A program made the translations under genes and the position numbers. Below the pieces are notes generated by a model that ran no database searches, had not been told where the DNA came from, and worked only from the letters and a program-made list of their open reading frames with translations. DNA of 64,000 nt from Octopus sinensis. Its lineage: Eukaryota. How positions within the stretch are numbered: position 1 is the stretch's first letter; each line of letters begins with the position of its first letter. Shown one piece after another: positions 24,341 to 35,550 of the stretch. The DNA lies in the NCBI RefSeq assembly GCF_006345805.1, contig NC_043004.1, positions 97,278,001-97,342,000 on the forward strand, written 5' to 3'.

Positions 24341-25023
24341 TAAATGTAGCAAAAGCAAAGTTTGAAGGAAATATTAGCCATTTTTCATACTTTCTAGGGG
24401 TAAACAAATAGGAAATTACCGTTACTCCCCAAGGACAAAATTCGTGTTTCACAGCGCGATTAATTGTTTTCTGCTATATCCTCTCTGTTATATTATTACT
24501 ATACACTTCTGAAAAAACTTTTTTTATATCTCCATAAAACTATTCTCATATAATTGTTTTGGAGATCCAGTAGCATCTGTGTTATACTCTATTTATTGAC
24601 ATTGAACCGCAATACAGTTTATTGGTTTATACACTGCCTCTACAGTCTACATCCTATTCTTTCCTTTCTCTAGATTAAATATTGTTTTTAGCAACTTTTT
24701 TTAAATAGTATTTTATTTCGAGCATTGACCTTCTAACAAAGACATTTTTGATAATTATTGTTCACTCTTTAATTATGTAAACTAAATATTGCTCACAAAA
24801 CATTTGAACCAGATAATTTACCTTTCTCTTGATTCTCATTGGTTAATCAACACTGTGCATGTGGATTTTGTAAATCCCAAAATTTAGCAAGCTCCTTAAT
24901 ACCATCTTTCGTACTTGGATTTAACTGTGAATCTCGTCTCTTTTTGTTGTTGTTGAAAAACAATAATATTTATAACAATAATAATAATAGCAATGATGAC
25001 GACGATGAAAAACCATGTTAATA

Positions 25024-26644
25024 TCTATATATTAATACGCTTGTACCGTCAGTGTTTGTCACGCCAAAGGAGATAAACCAGGATTAAAATTAAATTCGAG
25101 TTATTTCCCTTGGCTTTGTGTAAAATGTAATCATCTTTAAATAGTAACCATATTTAATTATCGAAAAAGTATTATTATTTTTGTTATACTACAAATAATC
25201 ATACATTTTTATACAATATAATTTTATATGTTTTCAGCTCGACGTTTCATAGACTGCACATTGTACAATGCTCACTTCCTTTGAGGTTCTTTGTGTTTGT
25301 TTTTCACTGGATACATAAAAATGATACATCTGAAATAATTCCTCATAATTATTGAGAATATTGAATAATAAACAAAAACTTACATAACGTTCCCAAATTT
25401 TTCCATCTGGACACAATTTGCTTACAGCCTGAGAAAATTCAAAATGGTGGGATGTAACCGTGGATTTCCACAGGAAAAAGATTTTTCTCGGAGCATGTAG
25501 TGTAGCTAAAGCTATTTTAACGTTTCCTTCTATTCCTGAGGAAATTCATTGTAGTATATAGTAACAACTGATTTTGGGATAATTTCCTTCAAATGCAACT
25601 TACGCAAAAACATGAGAACAACTGCCAATGAACAAGACTTTTCGAGGTGGGTACTACAACTTGGAAGTCGATATCTTCAAAGCTCTCTTGATAATCTCGC
25701 AGAAGATACTATTGATATTTCTGAGGCATGCATATGTAATAATTCTTTGTTATCTGATATATTTGGCAATTGTACAGGAGAAGAAATGAAAAATAGAGTG
25801 ACCTTATCCCCTAAAAATTCGGACTGCTTAGCAGTAAATGAAGAAATTCTAGGCAGATTGCCCTCTGAAACTACGACATATCTAGGCACCGACTCAGTGA
25901 CTTCTGATAATGAAGAAAAAAGCCCAGAATTATCCCATGGAGTTTATAAACTCTCTTACACCTTCTGGAATGCCTCCCCATCACTTAACTTAAACGTTGG
26001 AGCAATTATTATGCTTCTTAGAAACACTTTTATAAAACAAGGTCTATGCAACGGAACTCGCTTCAGCTCTATGAGCATAGTCACTTCAGCTCTATGAGCA
26101 TAGCATCAAAGCGTCAATTATAAGTGGATCGCATTCTCACACGAGAGTACTGATTCCAATAATCAAACTTACCCCAAGCAATGCAATCATTCTATTCGTT
26201 CTGCATCGGACCCAGTTCCCGATTCGTCCGTCCTATTCTATGACAATCAATAAAGCGCACAGGCAAACATTCGATAGTGTGTGTCATACACTTGCCACAG
26301 CCATGCTTCACCCATGGCAAGATTTAGTAGCTTTTTCAAGAGCAAGGGCGATGAACAGTGTGAGGGTTAAAGTGATACCTCAAAATGAATCCACTCATGG
26401 TCGCAGAAGGGAAATCACCTACACTAGAATCATTGTACATAAAGAAGTGCTGTAACGGACGTATTTAACATATACTTTGGCACAATAACTTAATATATAC
26501 TTATATTATTAATAAATACAGCATAGCGGATAACAGAATTTTTCATTAATCAAAAAGTGCAAATGAAACAATTTAGATTAAGTGATAACTGTTCATTGGA
26601 CGATATCTAAATTATCCGTGATTTTTTTTCGCGGGTCCAGCTAG
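25024..26644 (+). mobile_element. Internally deleted Helitron
   Basis: A|TCTATATATTAA candidate 5' end; helicase remnant inside; 3' hairpin ccgtga-(t)n-tcgcgg at 26616-26635 followed by CTAG at 26641-26644 (next base is A rather than the usual T). Confidence 0.7.
25460..26455 (+). pseudogene. Helitron PIF1-like helicase C-terminal half, frameshifted
   Basis: NMRT...LSPKN...VNEEIL...YPMEFINSLTPSGMP...LNVGAIIMLLRN...GLCNGTR...QFPIRPSYSMTINKAHRQTF...VAFSRAR; 23 bp internal duplication at 26061-26103. Confidence 0.9.
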
Positions 26645-26649
26645 ATATT

Positions 26650-27045
26650 ATTAGGTCCTCAGACAGGGAGTACATTACGCAATATACATGCAGTTCCAAG
26701 TAATGCCGATTTTTGCAATACACTTAGATTGTAGGTTATTGCTAAAGTTTTCAGCACCCTCTATTTTTTGTTCGCTTATAAGCTCCCCTTTCTCTTCTCA
26801 GTCTAACACAGAAATTTCCTTTGAGAGCATATCTAACCCTGTCTGTATTCTTTTTTCCACCATGGGTGTTTTCTTTTGTCACTCCGATTATATTTCTTTT
26901 TCTTGACATCAACACCCAAATTTTCTGCTACAACAATTCTTGCTGCCTTGATCAAATTATTTGTTTCTGTAATATTGTTTGTTCTAATGTATTTTAGAAT
27001 ATCATTGACATTTTTCGTTTCTTGGTTCGACTTCAACCGGTCAAC
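26650..27045 (-). mobile_element. R4/Dong-type non-LTR element, internally deleted (N-terminal region joined to the last codons)
   Basis: NQETKNVNDILKYIRTNNITETNNLIKAA...HPWWK joined to LAITYNLSVLQKSALLGTACILRNVLPV*, ending in taataat. Confidence 0.7.
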
Positions 27046-27049
27046 AACA

Positions 27050-27050
27050 A

Positions 27051-27131
<81 letters not shown>

Positions 27132-27157
27132 TAAGATTATTATTACTATTATTATTA
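27050..27157. repeat. (TTA)n array between two R4/Dong elements
   Basis: Directly visible. Confidence 0.97.
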
Positions 27158-27710
27158 TATGTTTGACTTTTGCTTTGTATTTATACAAGTTGACTCCAAG
27201 TCTCACCCAGAGACCTCAAGAGACAACAAGTTAGATTTTCAAGTTGATGTTATATTTGGTTTTGTATATAGTAGTGTTCTAGAAAATATTTAAGAAAACA
27301 AGAAAATTATAAGTTTGTTTTAAAATTTTAGATTACATAAACAGTAGTTTAGGTAGGATATGGGCAGTTACCATGAGCACTATCTTCTGAATTTCTGCCT
27401 TTTTGGTATCTGAGCTAGATAGGAATTAACCCCGTTTACTATCATTCCTAGGACACCTATGACAACAGGTAATGTTTTAGTATTTAGTTTCCACATTTTG
27501 CCAGTTTCTATTTCAAAATCTTTACACTTGCTCAGTTTTTGGTAGGTCCTGACAGATACATGTATGATGATTGGGACAGTCATATCAATTAGGAAGCATG
27601 ATATTTGTCTGAAGTTTTTCATTATAATGTCAGGCCTATTGGCATCTATCTTTCTGTCAGTTTGAACTGTGACGTTCCAGAGACGTGAAGTGTGATCTTT
27701 TTCAAGCATT
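27158..27710 (-). mobile_element. R4/Dong-type LINE 3' fragment with restriction-like endonuclease domain
   Basis: LWNVTVQTDRKIDANRPDIIMK...LIDMTVP...QKLSKCKDFEIE...VVIGVLG is a PD-(D/E)xK REL domain; the 3' UTR runs into (AAT)n. Confidence 0.88.
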
Positions 27711-29109
27711 GGAATTTTTCTTTGAACTGAGTAAATGAAAAAGCTCCCTAAGTGAAAAATAGCTGTAACAAATTAGTAAGTTACGACATTTCAACAAAAT
27801 AAATGGCGTAATAGTCAATACAGTTGAGAACAACAACACACACACATGCACTTCGTGAAATGATGTGCATTCAATACTAGCTAAATTCAATCGTTCGTGA
27901 GAGTACCCTGAAAAACGAAATCCGAGTTAAGAAACATTGCTGAGATGACTAAGGCTTTGTACCAATTTGCTAAAAAGCCAGACCTCAACCAACTAGGGTC
28001 TATTTTACAAACGAAAGGAAGAAGCGGATGTACTTAGGCATGGTTAAGTGTATAACAGATTTCTCTACCTCATGTAAGACAAATTTGGACATAGCTCTTG
28101 CTGAAACATTTAAATGAAATCTCTTTCATTGGTAGACATAAGAGGTAAGATACCATGATTCATTTTCAAAGCAGAGGAAAAAGTGAGGGCATTAACCATC
28201 TCAAGTTGAACGTTGCACATGCATAAAAGCTTGTTCTACAAAATCTGTGGAGAACTACAACGGTCTCTAAACAGGAGAAATATAAGGCTTAATTTTAAAG
28301 ATAACAGTAATGGTTTGTAATCCTGGTTCGTAGTCACTTACGTCCGAACAGTATGGGCAAATGGATAGTGCTAACGTTCCGTTCAGTAAGATGTGACTGG
28401 GGAGTATCATGAGAATAAAAATCCTTGACAATGAGGAACCTCAAAATAATACAAGAAGTTTGCTCTGTAGAAGGTTCTGAGGAGAAGGCCTTAAGATTGA
28501 GTATTCTGAGTGGAAAACCAAATGTCGTTTTATGTTTTCGCCTCAGAAATTTTAAAAGAGCAGAAACGTATTCAACAATAACAAATACGGTTGTTGTACT
28601 CACGAAAGAAATTCCATAGATGAAGGTAGTGCCGTTCACATCTCCCGATTTGTCAAAAAGATCTATAAAATATAGCCATGTCTTCATGTCTAAGAGATAA
28701 CCATCAACACAGACAGCTTTACTTATTAACAACAATTGCGAGTACTAATCCGTAGATAGATTCGGTATTGTAGTACCATTCCATTCACTTCTGATAATGA
28801 AAATCGTGGAAAGCTGAGAGCGCTAGCAGATTTTGAACAAGAAAAACTACCCACTCCAATAAAAAGTGTGCAACGAGATGTGCATTTTCGTTGAATAGGT
28901 GATGATCTTCAGTGACAGAATAAGTCTCATATGAAAGAAAGCGTATCTCACATGAAGAAGAGCAACTATCTGATAGAGAAACTCTTCAGCAAATGAAAGC
29001 CCATCATCCAAATGTGCGAATAAATAATTACTGCCGATAAAAATCCCCACAATTTATAAAAATCTTTTGGGGTTTTTCTTTAAGTAAGAAAATATGCAGT
29101 TAAATATAT

Positions 29110-29557
29110 ATTTCTTTACTGCCCAAAAGGGACTAAACATAGAAGGGGACAAACAAGGACAGACAAAGGGATTAAGTCGATTACATCGACCCCAGTGCGT
29201 AACTGATACTTAATTTATCGACCCCGAAAGGATGAAGGGCAAAGTCGACCTCGGCGGAATTTGAACTCAGAACGTAACGACAGAGGAAATACCGCTAAGC
29301 ATTTCGCCCGGCACGCTAACATTTCTTATTTCTTTATTGCCCACAAGGGGCTAGACATAGAGGGGACAAACAAGGACAGACAAAAGGTTTTAATCGATTA
29401 CATCGACCCCAGTGCGTAACTGGTACTTAATTTATCGACCCCGAAAGGATGAAAGGCAAAGTCGACCTCGGCGGAATTTGAACTCAGAACGTAACAACAG
29501 ACGAAATACCGCTAAGCATTTCGCCCGGCGCGCTAACGTTTCTGCCAGCTCACCGCC
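29110..29557 (-). mobile_element. SINE-A dimer
   Basis: Two units; 21 bp TSD aaaatatgcagttaaatatat at 29089-29109 and 29561-29581. Confidence 0.9.
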
Positions 29558-29600
29558 TTCAAAATATGCAGTTAAATATATGCAATATTCATAAAGATCT

Positions 29601-29758
29601 TACTCTTTACTCTACTCTTTTACTTGTTTCAGTCATTTCACTGCGGCCATGCTGGAGCACCGCCTTTAGTCGAACAAATCGACCCCGGGACTTATTCTTT
29701 GTAAACACACCAGCATCGGTTGTCAAGCAATGTTGGAGAGACAAACACAGACACACAA

Positions 29759-29820
<62 letters not shown>

Positions 29821-30001
29821 TATATATATATACATATATACGACAGGCTTCTTTCAGTTCCGTCTACCAAATCCACTCACAAGGCATTGGTCGGCCCGAG
29901 GCTATAGCAGAAGACACTTGCCCAAGATGCCACACAGTGGGACTGAACCCGGAACCATGTGGTTGTTAGCAAGCTACTTACCACACAGCCACTCCTGCGC
30001 C
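29601..30001 (-). mobile_element. SINE-B, full length
   Basis: B architecture, with an internal deletion in the 3' half. Confidence 0.9.
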
Positions 30002-30579
30002 TTCTGTATAGTTGGTGATGAAAACGATAGTGCGTCAGATGTTATCCAAGATGTACCTTTAACATGAAAATGGTTAAAAAGATGTATGAGGAATGTTAAA
30101 GAAAATGATAAAGTATTGCGGAATTTTATAGAATTTCTATAATTTTTCAAATGAAGTGTTTGCAATGAATTAATGTTGACAATATTTAGCGGAAATGTAT
30201 TTAAGTGTCATCGTTGATCAGAAAATGGTATTATTGATTCAAGCCACTAATTCCTGTTAATTCTTTAAAGCATCTTCAGTATTCCTTCACATTAATCTAG
30301 ATTTCACAATAAAAGAACCAAATTGCTTTTGAACAATGATGAAGTGGTATCGATTTCAGAAGGTTTCTCACCTGACACCTATGCAGACACACTAAAATAT
30401 AGCTAAATATATTTATCTATATTCACACATAGATACACAGTGACACTCAGTGACACCCCCTACCTAGCCACTGACATACATATACAGAATTCAGAAATGG
30501 GTGCATGCACGTGGTGTACATACGCAAACTTAGATATGATGTATATACACATAACAAGTTTTCATGAAATTCATAGGTG

Positions 30580-30612
30580 TGTGTGTGAACGTGAGTGAAT
30601 GTATGTATGTAT

Positions 30613-30664
<52 letters not shown>

Positions 30665-30755
30665 TGTGTGTGTGTGTGTGTATTATGTATGCATGTATGT
30701 ATGTGCGTGTGTTGATAGATGGATATATATCGATGGATCGATAAATAGATAGACA

Positions 30756-30788
<33 letters not shown>

Positions 30789-30810
30789 CAACACACACAC
30801 ACACACACAT

Positions 30811-30841
<31 letters not shown>

Positions 30842-30862
30842 GATAGATAGATAGATAGATAT

Positions 30863-30893
<31 letters not shown>

Positions 30894-30895
30894 TA
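30580..30895. repeat. (TA)n/(TG)n/(CA)n/(GATA)n cluster
   Basis: Directly visible. Confidence 0.95.
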
Positions 30896-31334
30896 ACAAG
30901 CTCCACTGTGGTTTCCATCTTCCAAAATTTCATCCTCAAGATCTGATGAAAAAACCTTCACCACAATTTAGTATCGAACATATCTTCATGCGGTTAAGAA
31001 ACGAAATAAAGCGAAACCAAGAACCAAATCGTTTTTAGTTCAACTACCCAACCTCTGTATCCGAGATGCAAATATGTGACTGTCTACTTTTACTGCAAAG
31101 GGGACTACAAGTCTTTAACCAATGCTTTAATATACCTAGACCAGAAGTAACAATAATAATTACATTGCATCCGCTGGTGCTTCGAAGAATGGTAGAATGA
31201 CGATGAAATTCAGGTGATGGAGGCTAGATTTTTTTCCTTCAATAACTAAAATTCACGTTCATCTGTTCCTGCTTACATGCTTATTGTGTTACATATCTGT
31301 GTGCAGGTCGCTGCGGCAGTCATCAATGAAACAG

Positions 31335-31755
31335 TCTCTCTTTAATCTTTACTCTTTTACTTGTTTCAGTCATTTTGACTGCGGCCATGCTGGAGCACTG
31401 CCTTTAGTCGAGCAAATCGACCCCCGGATTTATTCTTTTGTAAGCCCAGTACTAATTCTATCGGTCTCTTTTTACCGAACCGCTAAGTGACGGGGACGTA
31501 AACACACCAGCATCGGTTGTCAAGCAATGCTAGGGGGACAAACACAGACACACAAACACACACACACATACATATATATATATACATATATACGACAGGC
31601 TTCTTTCAGTTTCCGTCTACCAAATCCACTCACAAGGCATTGGTCGGCCCGGGGCTATAGCAGAAGACACTTGCTCAAGATGCCACGCAGTGGGACTGAA
31701 CCCGGAACCATGTGGTTGGTTAGCAAGCTACTTACCACACAGCCACTCCTGCACC
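31335..31755 (-). mobile_element. SINE-B, full length
   Basis: B architecture. Confidence 0.92.
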
Positions 31756-32439
31756 TGCAACAATTCAAATGTTTTGGGGCTCAATCTTCAGCATGTCATC
31801 ATCATGGTAGTCACAAACTGAACACTCTTCAATAGAAATATCACTTGGTAGATTTTTTCATGGGAGACAATTTTTCAGATAAGGTAATATCATCAGTGGA
31901 AGCAAAGTCAATTTGAACATCTGGATGTTTGATATGAACATAATGATTGGTAGCGTCAGTCAATGTAATATAATCGACTTCTGGCTCATATTTGTTTAAA
32001 TTTAACAGTCAAAATAAGATTCTTCGTATTCAAACATCTTAATGAAGTTTGCTCCGTTGAACAAGGAAAGATAAATAGCCTTTTCTAAGTCTTCTATTTG
32101 TTTGCAGTACAATTGAGAAGGCTAATTTCGTAAGGCAATTCCCTTACAACCGTCACCCCATCGTTTTCCTGACAGTTTTCTTGAATGCGGGTCAAGTGTT
32201 ACTGTTCTACATAAACTTCTCCTTAAGTGTATCCCATAGGAAGGTATAAATATGTTTTAAATTAGAATAATAATTTTATTCTCTAAAATTGTACGAACAT
32301 CTTGAGACCTAAATTTGGAGTTCTAGGTCTGACAGTATTTAAGTAGCAGATATGAAGAACAAATTAAAATTACGAGCTTCTGCACGAATTATCATAAGTG
32401 AATACATATACATAAATAAAAACACTCCTAAGTAGTTCC

Positions 32440-32545
32440 GAATTCATTGGCACTGAATGGCACCTTGGACAAATGTATTCTACTATAGCCATCTGCTAAA
32501 ACCACCTTGTGAGTGGTTTTATCAGATGAAAACTGAAAGAAGCCT
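32440..32545 (+). mobile_element. Old SINE-B 5' half, interrupted by CR1
   Basis: caccttggacaaatgtattctactatagcc...aactgaaagaagcc. Confidence 0.65.
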
Positions 32546-33072
32546 ACTAAACGATTTGAAGGCATGGCTGCTCTCGATTATTGGGATCGCCTTAAAGCCT
32601 TGAAACTCTACTCTCTCCAGCGTCGCCGTGAGCGGTACATCATTTGTACGATGTGGAGAATATACCGCCAACTTTGCCCAAACGACCTGAACATAAGCTT
32701 CAAGGTTCATCCAAGACTGGGACCACGGGCCATACGTCCCCTGCCCAATTCAAGATCACACCATACATATACGCTACAACATAATTTCTTTTCCTCAACA
32801 GGCCCTGCCTTATTTAACATTGTCCCGAAAGAGATCAAAGAGGAACAGGATCCCATCAACTTTAAACGGAGTCTGGATAGATTCCTTCAAAGAATACCAG
32901 ATAAGCCACCCATAATTGGATACAACTCACCCAACAAAAACTCACTACTTCAATGGACCATATGCAAAACTTGACTTAAACAGGATTCAAATGATCCTAT
33001 CAGTTGGTGCTATTAAGTTAGACATGGCCTGGACCAATCATTGGTCGAAACACATCTAAGTTTTTAAGTTTT
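32546..33072 (+). mobile_element. 5'-truncated CR1-type LINE (ORF2 C-terminus, 3' UTR, 8 bp tail repeat)
   Basis: Open 136 aa ORF LDYWDRLKALKLYSLQRRRERYII...GPALFNIVPKEI...FKRSLDRFLQRIPDKP; 3' hairpin gaccaa-tca-ttggtc, then gaaac, then (TAAGTTTT)2. Confidence 0.9.
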
Positions 33073-33189
33073 ATATATATATATGGTATTTTTATATAAG
33101 CTTAATGCTTATGGCGATCACCGTGCAATGACTAAAGAAAATAATCTAATAAAGGAGCATATAAGCCCTCAACAGAAAGAAGTAGGCTT

Positions 33190-33268
33190 TCTTATCCACG
33201 TGGGAGTCGAACCCACATCCCTTTGTTAACATGACTAAATGTGTTACATTTACACCAGCGAATCAGCC
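33190..33268 (-). pseudogene. tRNA-like sequence (Asn-like pseudogene or SINE head)
   Basis: Minus strand has A-box-like gctggtgtaaatgtaac and B-box ggttcgactcc, with tGTTaa in the anticodon position; acceptor stem does not pair well. Confidence 0.5.
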
Positions 33269-33659
33269 TCCCAATTTCTGTCAAATTTAAGAACTATAAT
33301 AACTCGTGTTTGTTTTATGTAAAGTAATTTTCTATATGCTTTCGGTGAAAATGGTTTTTTATACGGCGTCGAGTTTACAATCCTGTAAATAATAATAATA
33401 ATAGTATTTTATACACGCTTAAAGCTTATGGCCATTATTGTGCAAAGACTAAGAAAAATTATTGTGTCTGGGGAGAGTCATTCTCTTTTAGTGCCTTATT
33501 ATTTAACACAACACACTCACCGGTAAAGTTTCTGCTCATTTGCTTATTTATTTTTCCTAAACTTTCCGCTGCGTCCTGCAACCTTTTCAATAGTTGTTGA
33601 CTCAGTCCATTATCCGGGCTGTGTTCATTTTGTTTGTTTGTGCGCAAGTGTGGGGGTCA

Positions 33660-33696
33660 GTGTGTGTGTGCGCATACACATGTATATATGTATGTT

Positions 33697-33728
<32 letters not shown>

Positions 33729-34006
33729 TGTATTTATGTATGTATGTATGTATGTATGTATGTATGTATGCATGTGTGTGTGTGCATGTATGCATGTTAG
33801 TGTGTGTATGCAGCAGAAGAGGACCAATGTATATGCGTACGTTCGTATGTATATATTTTGCATATTCATGTGTTTGTGTGTTCATGTTTGTGTGTATGGG
33901 TTTTGTGACTATGTACTGTGTCCGTATGTATGGATGCGTATCTCTATATGTGTGGATGTGTGTCTCCATGTGTGTCCTTCGAGATATATATATATATATA
34001 TATATA

Positions 34007-34078
<72 letters not shown>

Positions 34079-34129
34079 TATATGTTTGTATATGCATATA
34101 TATATATATATTCATACATATATACATAT

Positions 34130-34185
<56 letters not shown>

Positions 34186-34190
34186 GTAAC
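33660..34190. repeat. (TATG)n/(TA)n/(TG)n cluster
   Basis: Directly visible. Confidence 0.95.
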
Positions 34191-34489
34191 TCCCTTATCA
34201 TTTTTGTCCTCCTAAACACATTATAACCAGCGTTAATGTGTTTATGTCTCCATAACGTAGCGCTACAGCAAAAGACCCCCTAGCAGTGAAGTCAATGTTG
34301 AGACGTCCAAGGTTTGTATGGATTTTATGAATTTAGCATCTGGAGGAGTGTAGAATTTCATCTTTAATTCAAAGCCCTTAATACATTCATAACTAATTTT
34401 TGATAAATTTTTTCCTTTAAAAAACGAAATTCATAGCGCTGACATAGTGCCGTAATCGAGTCACGACACAAGAACGCAAATGTTTGGAT

Positions 34490-35550
34490 GCAGCAGAAGA
34501 GAAACAATCGTAGTGCTATTTATGCCAGGTATAAACATGGGATATCAACTGTAGAACGATTCTGTCCACTAGGGAGTATCCTATGCTTTGCTTTACCTCC
34601 ACTTTCAAGTATAAACATAAAGATTAGATTGCTTGTTTATCTATGTGCATTGTGAAATAACCGCGAAGTAAAAAGTGTTCGCTATTCGTTTAACATTTGT
34701 TGTGATAGACCTTGCATCAGTTTTCGATTGATGAAATAGTTTGATTGCACGTGAAAGTGGAAAGCAATATGCTTATTGCAAGATCACCTGAAATTGCAGT
34801 TTCAGCATCCTCTGTGTCATCATTTAATGGAACACCTGGAAAAATGTAAATGTATGTGTCATAAGCCATTGAAGTTTTAAACGGATGAATAACGTCTACG
34901 TATCTCTTCTTTTACAATGACAATGTTGGGTTCAGTTATGTCCGAGAAAAGAGACATTCACTTAAAGTAGTAGCGAAACAATCCTGGTCATCGCTGGGAT
35001 TGTTTAGCAGGTAATCGATGAGGTGAAGTTTTATTCTTTCCGAAATACGTTACAAAGAATTATTTTCTATTTTACATCCTAAGTAACAAATGGATGCTTG
35101 ACTGAGAAAACATTTGTCATTGTCCAATACAATGTTTAGTCTCTTAGAAACTGAAATATATCGGGCCAAGTTCCCATCGTGCTCCTTAATAGTTTTGTCA
35201 ACGACAATAACATTGTCGAGATAAGCGTGAAATCCTTTGATATCATTGTCGGTAATTATGCTATCAATCACTCCTTGAAAGCACTTACGATATTAGTCAC
35301 ACCAAAGGATAACCTTATAAACTGGAATAAGCGCCCATCAGATTGAAATGCCATATATCTCTTATCGTCATTGTGGAGTAGAATCTGATGCTATGTTGCT
35401 TTCAGATTCAGTTTACTGAAGAATTTATTGTAGGAAACAGAAGGTGCTAGGTCGTCAATATTAGGAAGTGGATAAACATCTAGAAAGCGATAGCGATTTA
35501 TCGTTCGTGAATAGCCGATACAAATGCATTGTTTCCCACTCTTTCATTCT
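34490..35550 (-). pseudogene. Ty3/Gypsy LTR retrotransposon RT-RNase H remnant
   Basis: CIGYSRTINRYRFLDVYPLPNIDDL...FSKLNLKAT*HQI...AFQSDGRLFQFIRLSFGVTN...HAYLDNVIV...CYLGCKI, followed by decayed RNase H (HFLLRGYFTMHIDKQAI). Confidence 0.85.

Noticed and set aside
27900-29050. Decayed coding-like sequence (similar stretches at 13600-13860, 37000-37500 and 48400-48900)
   Set aside because: Multiple stops and no motif I can assign; probably old transposon debris.
30935-30990. Possible fourth hammerhead (agatCTGATGAaaaaacc...tcgaac)
   Set aside because: GAAA is incomplete and stem II does not pair; at most a decayed relic.
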